DNA from: Eledone cirrhosa
Taxonomy: Eukaryota
Length of the DNA: 64,000 nt
NCBI GenBank assembly: GCA_964016885.1
Contig: OZ024741.1
Coordinates: 261,950,001-262,014,000 of the forward strand
Reading direction: 5' to 3'
In this document: positions 27,840-39,799 of the stretch, piece by piece
Layout of the letters: each line of letters opens with the position of its first letter
Numbering within the stretch: the stretch's first letter is position 1
The notes under the pieces: model-generated
Told to the model about the DNA's origin: nothing
Seen by the model: only the letters and a program-made list of their open reading frames with translations
Database searches by the model: none
Program-made: the position numbers and the translations under genes

Positions 27840-30710
27840 ATAACTTTAACTTTGATAACTTTGAAAAGTTTCAGCCAAAATTGGCCCCGACCATGTCTAA
27901 CTTAGTAGCACCACCTAGCAAAGTCTTTCAAATCAGGATTTGGACACCCGGCCCACTCAAGTAGAGAGTTATTGTTTACAGAGACATATCCGGGTGCAGG
28001 GGGTTTATCCGGGAGTTCTTGAAGGAATTTACCCAAAGACATTATGGGGTTTTTCTATTTCTATTTTAATGTGTTTTGATGTAATGTTAAAGAGAGCGGG
28101 GCCAATTGAGGTGAAATAATTGTGCCATATTGTTGTTATGAGATGCGAGTGTGATTTTTGTTGTGGGCGGCTAGCACGGGGCCCAAGCCTTGGGTGTACC
28201 TTAAAGGTGATGCCAACATCATTTGGGCAATGCTGATTGAGTATTTTCCACATCATGCAGATGATGTAGCGCTCACGGTGGTGTTGGAGAGAATAAAGTT
28301 TGAGCTTTTCTAGTCGACTCCAATAGTCAAGGCCTGTCATGTTATCTATCATATTTGTGATTGACTTTTGGGGTGCTTCAATCTTCATGATACTTTGTTT
28401 CATGTGGGGAGACCACAGTGGACAACAGTATTCAAGGTGGGGTCGGACAAAAGTGGATAAGAGAAGGATAATGTTGTGGATATCTCTTGACTGGAAAGTT
28501 CTGAGAATCCAGGAATATATTCTGCGGGCTATGTCAACTTTGTTTTTTATATGAGTGGCCCAGCTTATGTTGTTGTCCACAATTACTCCCAGGTCTCTGA
28601 TGCTGTTGGATGCCACGAGAGTTTCACTTGAAGGGAGGGAGTATGGGAGTTTCATCGTTTCCAAAGTGGATTAACTCAAATTTATCCTTGTTCAGCAGCA
28701 TATTGTTCTTTTCCGCCCATTCGATAACAGCCATTAGATCTGATTGAAGGCATGTCTGTCACCCACTTCATTGATGACCCTCTGGAGCTTGGAATCATTT
28801 GCAAAGATTCTATGTTGCTGTGCTTGATGGTGTCAGTAATGTCATTAATATAGATAATGAAAAGAAGTGGTCCCATTACAGAGCCATGCGAAACGCCACC
28901 AGACATTGGTTGGGCTTGATTTTACTCCTTCGACTACAACATGTTGGGCTTCATCTGTCAGGAAACACTTGATCCATTGCAGTAACTTTCCAGAGACACC
29001 AATGTTGGATAGTTTTTTCAGAAGAATGTTGCAATCAACCCTGCCAAAGGCCTTTCTGAAATTAAGGTAGATGACATCAGTGTTGGAGCCCTGTCCCAAA
29101 GCTCTTAAAATGTAATCAAATTGATGCAGGAGATGCGTTAGGCAGTCCCCTCCATTACGGAACCTATGTTGGTTGGAGTTCAGCAGTCTGTTGCTTTCAA
29201 GAAAGTGAGTTATTCATGATCTCGCCACCCTCTAAAATACTTTGAGGATATGAGGGATGAGTGAGATTGGACGGTAATTCACTGCAACGGACTTGCTTCA
29301 CTTTTTGAAAACTGGGACAACAGACTGTGACAGAAAGTTTTCAGGAATATAGCTAGCATCAAGTGAATTCCTGCACAGATTAACAAGAAGAGATGCAAAT
29401 TCGTGTCGACACACCTTCAGGACAGAAGCAAGGATCCTAACGGGGCCTACAGCTGAATCGTGTTTAATTTCGTTTATTGCCCCTAAGACATCAGGTGCAC
29501 CAAACATTATGTCCGATATCGTGTGTTGGGGATTAACATCACTGATATAGGCCGGATCGGCCATATCAGGATTGCTGAAAACAGAGCAGTATAATTTCTA
29601 CAGTATCTCACCCATGGTTCTGGCATTATCTTGTAGAGTAACATTTTCATCAATTAGAGGGCCAACAGTGGAGACAGTGACCTTGTGTTTTTTCACACAA
29701 ACGAAAAGAACACTTTGGGATTGAGTTTCATTTTCTCAATGGCCTATTTCTCCTCAGCTGTTCTTTGGATATTGATGATGGTCTTCATGCATTGTTGGAG
29801 GTTGTATTTTTTTCATTATTCAAGCAGTGCGATAGCCGTCGAATGTGTCTGTTGCTGTTGGCAGTGTTTTAATTTGTTAATTCTTTGTTTGTTCTTTTTA
29901 TTTTTCTCATAATAGTTTTTTTCTGTTTGGGGGGATACTGTTGTTTGTGACAGTCTCTACAAAAATCTGCCAAGTTGTTTTGATGTTGGTGGAGATGTGT
30001 GCGTGTGTAAAAGATTTGCTTTCGGCAGGTGGAATCTCAAGTTACAGAGAACCATGTCTGAAAGAAGGTTTTGTCCACTGTAATATGATGTATAATGTTA
30101 GTGTGGTTACTAAACACTAGGTCCAAAATATTCTTCTGATATCTTGTTTGTGCAAGGACAAATCGGAACAAGAAAAACTCATCCATAAAGTTGAGAAGTG
30201 ACTCTATTGCTTCAGCACAGCGAGTGCTTGGTTTTTAAACTGTTTGTAGACCAATCAATACAGGGTATGTTAAAGTCTCCGATCTTAAGTTTGTTACCAG
30301 AATGGCACTGTTGAATAAAGCACTTAATGCTGTTGAGGCATTCTTTAAAGTGCAGTATGGGGGCTTGTGGTGGGCCATATATCCCAACTACTATCAGGCC
30401 ATTGGCTTTGCTGTACACTGTAACTGGTTCATAATAGCCATTGGCGAATGTGATATTTCCATCTGCTGTAAAGGAATCATGCAGGAAAATGGCAGTTCCT
30501 CCCTTCCTTCTGTCAACACGATCTGCGCTTGGCTTCCAAGTGGGAGTTGTCAAGGTGGGTCTCAGTAAGAGTTAAGAAAGGGATGTGGTGTGGATAGTTA
30601 TCAACCTAATACTCAATGAATTGGACCTTCCATTTTTATGCATTGATGGAAGGGCTGATACCTTGTGCATTGAGTAGAACTGTAGTCACTACGTGTACAG
30701 AGCGTCTGAC
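27840..30710 (-). mobile_element. CR1-group LINE, degenerate ORF2 (APE + RT)
   Basis: APE motifs LLNAQG, IVVGIYGPP, GDFNIPCIDW. RT motifs DVIYLNFRKAF, GVSHGSVMGPLLFIIYIND, FVRPHLEYCCPLWSP. AAAGTT-repeat tail. Many stops and frameshifts. Confidence 0.88.
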
Positions 30711-30832
30711 GTAGTGAATAAGGGCATATTTTAAGGTTTCTTGTTTGTTTTATGGGGGGGGGGTGGCTAATTCTGCTTCATAGATTTTGATAGTTTTTTT
30801 TATAGTACAGTAGGACTGAGATGGTGGTGAGG

Positions 30833-31122
30833 ACTTAAAGTGGGAGTTAAAAAGGATTTGGAACTGCCATGAAATCAAGGTCGCCCCGATTGTCATAGGC
30901 GCACTAGGTACTATCTCAAAGAGTTTCCAAGGATGGTTAAAGAAAATTAGTCCAGCCCCTCTTTTGGGAACACTTCAAAAGGCATGCTTGCTGGGAACAG
31001 CAAGAACCCTCCGATACGTCCTGAATATCTGAGGCTGCAGGTAGCGGCTTGATATTCATTTCAACAAACTGTCCAGTTAAATAACATCAATGACTGAAAC
31101 TCAAAGAACAATAATAATAATA
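30833..31122 (+). mobile_element. Short 3' fragment of the same R4/Dong-like LINE as 31341-33008
   Basis: Nearly identical to 32720-33008 (LKWELKRIWNC...PIVIGALG) and ends in (AAT)n. Confidence 0.85.
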
Positions 31123-31304
31123 ATTGTTTCTACTTTAGGCACAAGGCCAGCAATTACCCAGTGCATTACTGGTACTTTATTTTATCGACCCCGTAAGGAT
31201 GAAAGGCAAAGTCAACCTCGGCGGGATTTGAACTCAGATTGTAAAGGGACGTAACTATGCTGGAAAGCATGGCGCCCGACCCTCTACCGATACTGCCAAT
31301 CCAC
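31123..31304 (-). mobile_element. tRNA-derived SINE (octopus-type)
   Basis: Minus strand has A box TGGCAGTATCGG, B box GAGTTCAAATCC and body CCGAGGTTGACTTTGCCTTTCATCCTTACGGGGTCGATAAAATAAAGTACCAG. Other copies at 39619-39798 and 44717-44813. Confidence 0.85.
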
Positions 31305-31340
31305 AATAATAATAATAATAATAACAATAATAAAAATAAA

Positions 31341-33008
31341 TCGGGTGGAGAATCCTTGGGGGGCGTGAAGATCAAGAGAGGTATCTTCCAGGGAGATAGT
31401 TTGCCTCCTCTGCTGTTTGTCCTTGCCCTGATACCCATGACCGTTATATTGCGAAAAGTGAGAGCTGGATACAAGTTGGGAAAAGGAGAGCTTACCATCA
31501 ACCACCTCCTTATCATGGACGATCTTAAACTCTTTGGGAAGAGTGAGAAGGAGTTGGATGTACTTGTTGACACTGTCCGTATTTTCAACAATGATATATG
31601 TATGGAATTTAGTATTAATAAATGTGGAGTCCTAGTGATGAAGAGGGGTAAATTGAGCAGAAGCAACGGAATCCAGGTACCAACAGGTGAGATGATAAAG
31701 GAAATTGACACTGAAGAGGGATACAAATATTTAGGTGTTCTGGAGGCAGATGACATCTAGAACAAAACAATGAAGGAATTGATAAGATATGAGTAGATAA
31801 GGAGAGTAAGGATCGTATTAATATCACATCTAAATAGTAGGAATGTCATAAGTGCAGTAAATTCCCGAGCTGTGTCTATTATTAAGTACAGTGCGGGAAT
31901 TCTGAAATGGAATGTTGTTGAACAAAAAGAAATGGATAGGAAGACTAGGAAGCTATTGACTATCTACATCATGTTCCACAAGAGGAGTGATGTCGATAGA
32001 CTCTACTTAAAGAAATCTGAAGGTGGAAGAGGTATTATCAGCATAGAGGACTGTGTTCAGATGGAAAAAAAACAACCTGCACAAATATGTGACTGACAGT
32101 AGGGAGCCAATGCTCAAAATTGTACTGAAGGAGAAGACAATAGACCAGGTGATGTCCAAGGAGGAAATAACAACAAGGAGGAAGAGCAACCTTCATGAAA
32201 AATCCCTTCATAGTACCTTCTTTGAGAACTGGTTAAAAAGAGACATTAAAAAAGCTACAGAAGGAATGCTAATGGCTGCGCAAGCGCAGGCCCTCAGAAC
32301 AAAGTGGGTGAAGCACCATATTGACAAGGAGGAGGCTAGCCCACTGTGCAGGATCTGTGGAGAGAGAGAGGAGACTGTGGCTCACATTGTATCTGAGTGT
32401 AAACACCTCGCCCAGACTCACTATAAAGGCTGGAAACATGATGTGATGAGCAGAGTGATCCACTGGCACCTATGCAAAGTAAACAATTTACCACATTCTG
32501 AGAAGTGGTATGAGCATAAGCCAGAGTTAGTGATAGAAAACGATCCGGTGAAGATGCTGTGGGATTTTAGGATACAGACGGACAAGAAACTGGAACACAA
32601 TAGACCTGATCTGGTGGTTTTGGACAAGGAAAAAAGATCGTGCCTGATTGTGGATGTAGCCTGCCCATTCGACACGAGAGTGCAAGAGAAGGAGATGGAG
32701 AAAATTAACCGATACCAGAACTTAAAGTGGGAGGTAAAAAGGATTTGGAACTGTCATGAAGTCAAAGTGGTCCCGATTGTCATAGGCGCACTAGGTACTA
32801 TCTCAAAGAGTTTCCCAGGATAGCTAAAGAAAATTGGTCCCGCTCCGCTTTTTGGAATACTTCAAAAGGCATGCTTGCTGGGAACAGAAAGAACCCTCCG
32901 ATACGTCCTGAATCTGAGGCTGCAGGTATGGCTTGATATTCATTTCAACAAACTTTCCAGTTAAATAACATCAATGACTGAGACTCAAAGAACAATAATA
33001 ATAATAAT
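31341..33008 (+). mobile_element. 5'-truncated R4/Dong-like LINE (RT, CCHC, RLE) in (AAT)n
   Basis: RGIFQGDSL, HLLIMDDLKL, DRLYLKKSEGGRG, CRICGEREETVAHIVSEC, KHD, NRPDLVVLD...IVDVACPFD...EKINRY, PIVIGALG. A few stops and frameshifts. (AAT)n on both sides. Confidence 0.9.
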
Positions 33009-33088
33009 TGTTTCTACTATTGGCACAGGGCCAGCAATTACCCAGTACATTACTGGTAAATAATAATAATATATGGGAGTTTAAGACC

Positions 33089-33130
33089 CGTTTCGACAGC
33101 TAGATCCGAATGGATCTAGCTGTCGAAACG
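33089..33130. repeat. Perfect 19-bp hairpin with a GAAT loop, related to the PLE ribozyme family
   Basis: CGTTTCGACAGCTAGATCC-GAAT-GGATCTAGCTGTCGAAACG, followed by ...CAGCCGTGGGGTC as in the 37382 ribozyme. Confidence 0.8.
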
Positions 33131-33163
33131 ACCGGAATTCAGCCGTGGGGTCCTGAATTTTTC

Positions 33164-33285
<122 letters not shown>

Positions 33286-33849
33286 GTGTGTGTGCGTGAT
33301 TGTGTGTGTGTGTGTGTGTGTGTGCGTGCTTGTGTGTGCGTGCGTGCTTGTGTGTGCGTGCGTGCGTGTGTGTGAGTGTGTAAATAGAGAAAGAGAAATT
33401 AATGGAATACACCAGCTACGACAGAGACCCAGAGAAAACGTAAATATATAGCGAGAGAAATTAAACAGAAATAAAGAAAAATATGAAATACAAACATACA
33501 ACTTGTAAATATCTGCTCAACCGAAGATATCATTAATATGCCAAAGTAGAAAATCATTTCAGTTCCAACAGCCATCTTGTTAGATGTTCTAACTCCAAAA
33601 GTTTAACAGGATCTGACAATGTAAGATAAAAGTATATTTTCAACAAACACATCCGGGAAAATAGCTTTCTTTTTCTATGATATTCACCAATGTTGTGTTG
33701 TAAGACTATAATTGTAATACAGATAAGTACTCAAGTATGTATGTATGTATGTATGTATGTATGTATGTATGTATGTATGTATGTATGTATGTATGTATGT
33801 ATGTATGTATATGTATATATATGTTATGTCTAGTCACTCTTGAGTGCTA

Positions 33850-34280
33850 CTGGTAACATGTAACCTAGTACAACCTGTTGCATGGTCGGGTCGTCGGCGA
33901 CTAAACCGGCAACCCCTCCAAGTTTACTTGGTGAGGAGAGTGATTTTGGACACCCTGCAGGACAAAAAACAAAACCTGACAAAGGGTGGAAGAACTCATA
34001 AGAGTCAACGGCCATCCGAAAGTGTGTAAATATGTATATAAACATGTACCGCGTGGTTAAACCACTGGGAGTGAAGGACTCCTAGCCTTTGTCAGGGCAT
34101 TCTTCTAGGAGAAGGCAACTCAGGAAACTGGGATATAAAACCTACGGCTCAGTAGTTACCGATGATGTTGATCTTTTCTTCTTTTCGGGTTATAGTTACT
34201 GTCGCTTAGAGAGTGGGATTGGCTCAGTGCACTTTCTTTCCTCACTTTATAAAATATCTTCACGCACAAGCATCGCACGA
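33850..34280 (+). repeat. Unclassified interspersed repeat abutting (TATG)n
   Basis: GTCGGCGACTAAACCGGCAACCCCTCCAAG...GAGTCAACGGCCATCCGAAAG. Reverse copies at 45320-45667 and 46135-46275 and a fragment at 42841-42880, all next to (CATA)n. Confidence 0.75.
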
Positions 34281-35128
34281 TAGAATTAATTAATAGTTAT
34301 TAATAATGGTATATCGTGCAATGGCTATACTCGATAACGAGGGAGCATCCATCATATATGTATGTATGTGTGTATGTATCCATGCATGTGTGTATGTATC
34401 AAAGTAAATTGAACTATTCATATGTACATGCGCATATATATCCTCCTCATCATCATCATCGTCCTCAACATGATCATCATCGTGTTCATCATTACCATCA
34501 TCAAAGTGGACGTTCTTCGATGATGATGATGAAGATGATGATGATGATGATGATGATGATAGCGTCCGCGGCCCATATTGAATTTAAACTTTGGAGTGGA
34601 GATCGAAAGTACCAAACCAATGCTGGTGCAGCCCTCCAACCTTGCTTTACACCTGTTACACTGGAGATGTTTTTGAAAGGAAATTGACCCTGAAATGCGA
34701 ATACAAATGGAATAAAACAAGTTTCGCGTAAATCGGAGGACGGGTTCCCGTGATATGGGGTTTTTCCGGGTACCTTCATAAACAGAGAGAGAAGGATAGA
34801 GAGAAAGAGATAGTGGTTGTGAGAGAGTAGATTGAAAGAGAGACATAGAGAGAGCGAGAGGAGACAGCAAAGCAGAATGGAAGAGAGAGAAAGTGAGCTG
34901 CTGGTGTTGTTGTGTATATATATATATATAAGTGAGTGTGTATATATATGTGTGTGTGTCTATGACCAGTGCATATAGATCACAGAGACCCATATATATA
35001 TATACACACATACATATATATATATAGGAGAAAGTATGACCCCGACGGCAGAGCTCAAGCTGTTTCGACGGCTATTTCTGGACTAAATTAAGAGTTTTTA
35101 TATATATATATACACACATTCATATATA

Positions 35129-35251
<123 letters not shown>

Positions 35252-35308
35252 GACGTAAAATAAGAACATTTTAAAAATTAAAAATTAACTTACTTACTAA
35301 AATTTTCA

Positions 35309-35388
35309 CTCCAACTAATTACTTTCTGTAAGGGAATAAATATAGTTATGTAATGTAACTATAGAGAAGTCCTGACGTCATCAGGGAG
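35309..35388 (-). ncRNA. Type I hammerhead ribozyme motif
   Basis: ctcc CTGATGA [stem II] GAAA gtaattag TT ggag. Stem I is perfect; stem III has one mismatch. Confidence 0.7.
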
Positions 35389-35844
35389 TCTATTCTCAGC
35401 TAAGTTCCCAGGCAATGCGCGGACACTAGGAACCCATATAAAAATAATTCAGTGGATGGAATAAAGCTAGCGGGGACTAAATTCCAGGGCACTGAAAAAA
35501 TTCACTGCCTACTTGGTCAGTGGCAAATTCTAAAGAATTAATCACGTGACACTGAGGTTAATCAGTGAGGAGTGGAGTTGTATTATGACAAGAGCCTAAC
35601 TACTACCATGAACCATAGCAGTAAATTTTGGCAAGTTTCGCTCAACAAATAATTTGGAGATAAATATAGAGAATTAGTATATCTACCAACATATGTATAC
35701 AAATGTATACCCATGCTAGCAAATATATATGTTATGTCTTAGTACCTTTGTGGTTCTATGCAGGGGGATGCAGAACAATTATATGAAAGACGTAAAATAA
35801 GAAAATTTTAAAAATTAAAAATTAACTTACTTACTGAAATTTCA

Positions 35845-35924
35845 CTTCAACTAATTAGTTTCTGTAAGGGAATAAATATAGTTACGTAATGTAACTATAG
35901 AGAAGTCCTTACGTCATCAGGGAG
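35845..35924 (-). ncRNA. Type I hammerhead ribozyme motif
   Basis: ctcc CTGATGA c-gtaagg...ccttac-a GAAA ctaattag TT gaag. Palindromic stem III ACTAATTAGT; one stem I mismatch. Confidence 0.72.
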
Positions 35925-36454
35925 TCTATTCTCCGCTAAGTTCCCAGGCAATGCGCGGACACTAAGAACCCATATAAAAATAATTCAGTGGATGGAATAA
36001 AGCTAGCGAGGACTAAATTGGAGTGAAAATTTTAGTAAGTTAATTTTTAAGTTTTAAAATTTTCTTATTTTACGTCTTTCATATAATTGTTCTGCATCCC
36101 CCTGCATAGAACCACAAAGGTAGTAAAACATAACATATATATTTGCTAGCATGGGTTTACATCTGTATACATATGTTGGTAGATATACTAATTCTCTCTC
36201 TCTATATATATATATATATATAACGAAGGAAATGTGGTAAGGAACCAGGTGGACCATAACGCACCAAAGTACTCAATACTTGAGGTAGTAGAGTGGGTAA
36301 TAGGAACCAGTAAGACCCCGACAGCTGAGCTCAAGCCGTTTCGACGGCTAATTCTGTACTGAATGAAAATGTATTCTGGTATTTAAATAGCCGAACTTAG
36401 TCCAGAATTAGCCGTCGAAACGGCTTGAGCTCAGCTGTCGGGGTCTTACTGGTT

Positions 36455-36536
<82 letters not shown>

Positions 36537-36546
36537 AACAAGTAAG

Positions 36547-36640
36547 ACCCCGACGGCTGAGCTCAAGCCGTTTCGACGGCTAATTCTGTACTGAATGAAA
36601 ATTTATTCTGGTATTTAAATAGCCGAACTTATCAAGGGGT
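36547..36640 (-). ncRNA. Hammerhead ribozyme motif, U3-A8 core variant
   Basis: Reverse complement of 37382-37475. Confidence 0.7.
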
Positions 36641-37381
36641 AATTCCATATATGGTCAAAGAGATAATCACCAGGATTGGTCACATCACAAGTTAGTAGTA
36701 AATCTGTGATGGCAAGTTGTGGGTGAAGGGGTAGCTAAACCTGCCGGTAGGAGAAAAAGGGAGATGGGGTGGAGTAGACCCATTCATGCGTTGGTAGTGC
36801 CAGCTACAGCTGGGTGTGAGGTCAAAGAGGATACTGGGGAGGGGGAGGGGGAGGAGGTCGAAACAGTAAGTAGAACAATGAAAGGTAAAACTATAAAAGG
36901 TACTGAGAGAGAAAAAAAGCAAAATCTGGATACTAAGACATAAGTCTCTCGCTATTGCTAGGCTAAAGAAATACATAAATAAATAAATAAACAAATAAGT
37001 GAATAAAAGAATAGATAAATAAATTTAAAAAAAAAAAATATATATATATATATATATAATAGCGAGACACTTGTCTTAGTAACCAGATTTTTCTTTTTTT
37101 TTTCTTTTTTCTCTCTCAGTACCTTTTATAGTTTTACCTTTCATTGTTCTACTTACCGTTTCGACCTCCTCCCCTCCCGCTCCCCAGTATCCTCTTTGAC
37201 CTCACACCCAGCTGTAGCTGGCACTACCAACGCATGAATGGGTCTACTCCACCCCCTCTCCCTTTTTCTCCTACCGGCAGGTTTAGCTAACCCTTCCCCC
37301 ACCAACTTGCCATCACAGATTTACTACTAACTTGTGATGTGACCAATCCTGGTGATTATCTCTTTGACCATATATGGAATT

Positions 37382-37475
37382 ACCCCTTGATAAGTTCGGC
37401 TATTTAAATACCAGAATAAATTTTCATTCAGTACAGAATTAGCCGTCGAAACGGCTTGAGCTCAGCCGTCGGGGT
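37382..37475 (+). ncRNA. Hammerhead ribozyme motif, U3-A8 core variant
   Basis: acccc TTGATAA gttcggcta...tagccgtc GAAA cggct-tgagctc-agccg TC ggggt. All three stems pair and the cleavage triplet is GUC. Confidence 0.72.
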
Positions 37476-37567
37476 CTTACTTGTTCCTATTACCCACTCT
37501 ACTACCCTAAGTATTGAGTACTTTGGTGCGTTATGGTCCACCTGGTTCCTTACCACATTTCCTTCGT

Positions 37568-37602
<35 letters not shown>

Positions 37603-38231
37603 ACACACACATATATATATATATATACATGCATATATATATATATATATATCAACTAGAAATTGATTGGAATATAATTAAACATATGAAACAATCACAG
37701 GGGATAATTTGTAAAAGTGTGTAAGCACACATAGTTAGGTAGGTAACTAAATAATTAATTTAATTTAATTCAATTTATCTTAATTTTGGATATATATATA
37801 TATATACACATATGCATATATATATGTATACACACACACACATATATATATATATACATACACACACGTATATATTTTGGTCTTCCAGTTTCATTTCACA
37901 TTATATACATGTCTGTGTATATTTTTATTATTTAAAAATTATTTTTAAGTGAACATGATTTTTTTTTAAATATTTTGAAGTGAACATGACCAGATAGGTT
38001 ACGGGTGGTCTAGTTTCTTCTAATATTTCTCTTTCTATCTTTCGACTAGCGTACGAAACTTTATGATTCTTGTCCTTCTATATCAAATATTAAACTAACA
38101 TATATATCTTAATTGTACTGTATTGTTTTCTTCGTTATTTTCCGTTTACTTTTCACTAGCCAGGGTCGTGTATGCAGTTCGTGTGTATGTGTAAGTATAG
38201 ATAAATAAATAAATAAATATATATATATATA

Positions 38232-38262
<31 letters not shown>

Positions 38263-38302
38263 GCGCGTGTGTGTGTATGTGTAAGTATAGATAAATAAAT
38301 AA

Positions 38303-38378
<76 letters not shown>

Positions 38379-39618
38379 GTGTGTGTGTATGTATGTAAGC
38401 TATAAATTTAGTATAATGTACAACCAGTGATTCCAACTGTTAGCACTATCATATATTTGGGTTTCTATTAATTCCCTAGGGAATTGTTTGACCAAATGCT
38501 TTGCTTAATTGTTTTATTTATTTAAAAAAACATTTTTATTATTTCTCTAAATCTCCAGATATTTTTTGAATGCAAAGCACAGGCCCCTAAAATACTACAG
38601 TTGGAACCTGCAATGCTACCGTGGGCCCCCTGGCAACTCCGCCACTGTATACAAGGTGTAGTTTCCACGAACATTCACTTTTTCTTGCTAAAGTACTCCA
38701 CCCATATTTCAGTTTCGTGATGAAATACGATTACCTCTTCGAGATAGGAGTGTATTTTTCTATAGATTTTTATGTCTAACAAAAATATATAGTTCCGACT
38801 ATTCTACATATATCATTGGCCTAGATTTCCGCCAAAAAAGAGATCCGTTATATTTCATGTTAAGGATTAAGTGGAAGTTATAATTGGTCCAGTAAATCAA
38901 CATTATTAGTCAACATGCACATACAGTCTCAAGTGCCTTAATTGTCTCTTGGTAAAGTACTTCACACAATTTAATTTCCTGATACAATACGATAAACAAC
39001 TTCACAATACTTCATTTCATGGGAGTGTCTTGTTCAATAACATTTCATGGCTAAATAGATCATATAGTTCTGAGAATTTTACAGATTTCATTGGCCTAAG
39101 TTCAAGCCTAGAAAACATCTATTACTATTTTACGTTAATGTTAGTGAACCCGTTTTTTTTTTTATTTGACACTTAACCAGTGTTGCTATTTCATTAACTG
39201 CATTATTAAAATAACAAATCTTACCTAGAGATCTTGTTTATGTCACTGCCTTTTCTAAGATATACACTTTACTGCCCTCGGGACATCTTTAATTATAGAA
39301 TTTTTTTAAATAACTACGCAAGATTTAATGTCTGTTGATATTGGAAAGTAGTCTACAGTACAGCATCGAATTACACTTTAGATTGAATATATGATCATCA
39401 GGAAAAATGAAATGCAGTATCGGACCTGTTTGTTGAAAATATTTGCCCAACACTAGATCGATCAGTATTTCCAATCTTAAAATATATTGTTCCAGCCTTG
39501 TCATCAACATTGTTTTGTGTGACACAGCAAATACTTTCTTATCGTGACCGCTATCAGAAATGTTCTGAAATTGTGATATTACAATTTTCAATCTTTCTAA
39601 GATGTTTCCTCTTCCTGC

Positions 39619-39798
39619 AATAATTGTTTCCACTTTTGGCACAAGGCCATCAAATACCCAGTACATTACTGGTACTTTATTTTATCGACCCCGTAAAGAT
39701 GAAAGGCAAAGTTAACCTCGGCGGGATTTGAACTCAGACCAAAAAAACTATGCTGGAAAGCATGGCGTCCGACCCTCTACCGATACTGCCAATCCACC
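39619..39798 (-). mobile_element. tRNA-derived SINE
   Basis: Same family as 31123-31304. Confidence 0.85.
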
Positions 39799-39799
39799 G

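Larger units (their letters stand above)
36222..37568. mobile_element. Nested PLE-derived fold-back; main arms about 36532-36955 and 37058-37490
   Basis: Long near-perfect inverted repeat with an AT-rich spacer of about 100 nt. The outer segments 36222-36300 and 37490-37568 also mirror each other, and there is an extra mini fold-back at 36299-36460. Ends run into (TA)n. Confidence 0.9.

Noticed and set aside
34557-34785. Possible Helitron-derived or MITE-like insert
   Set aside because: Only a vague resemblance; no termini or second copy in the window.
38560-39600. Possible hAT-like transposase remnant with a GC-rich terminus near 38620-38648
   Set aside because: No second terminus or convincing catalytic motif could be identified by eye.
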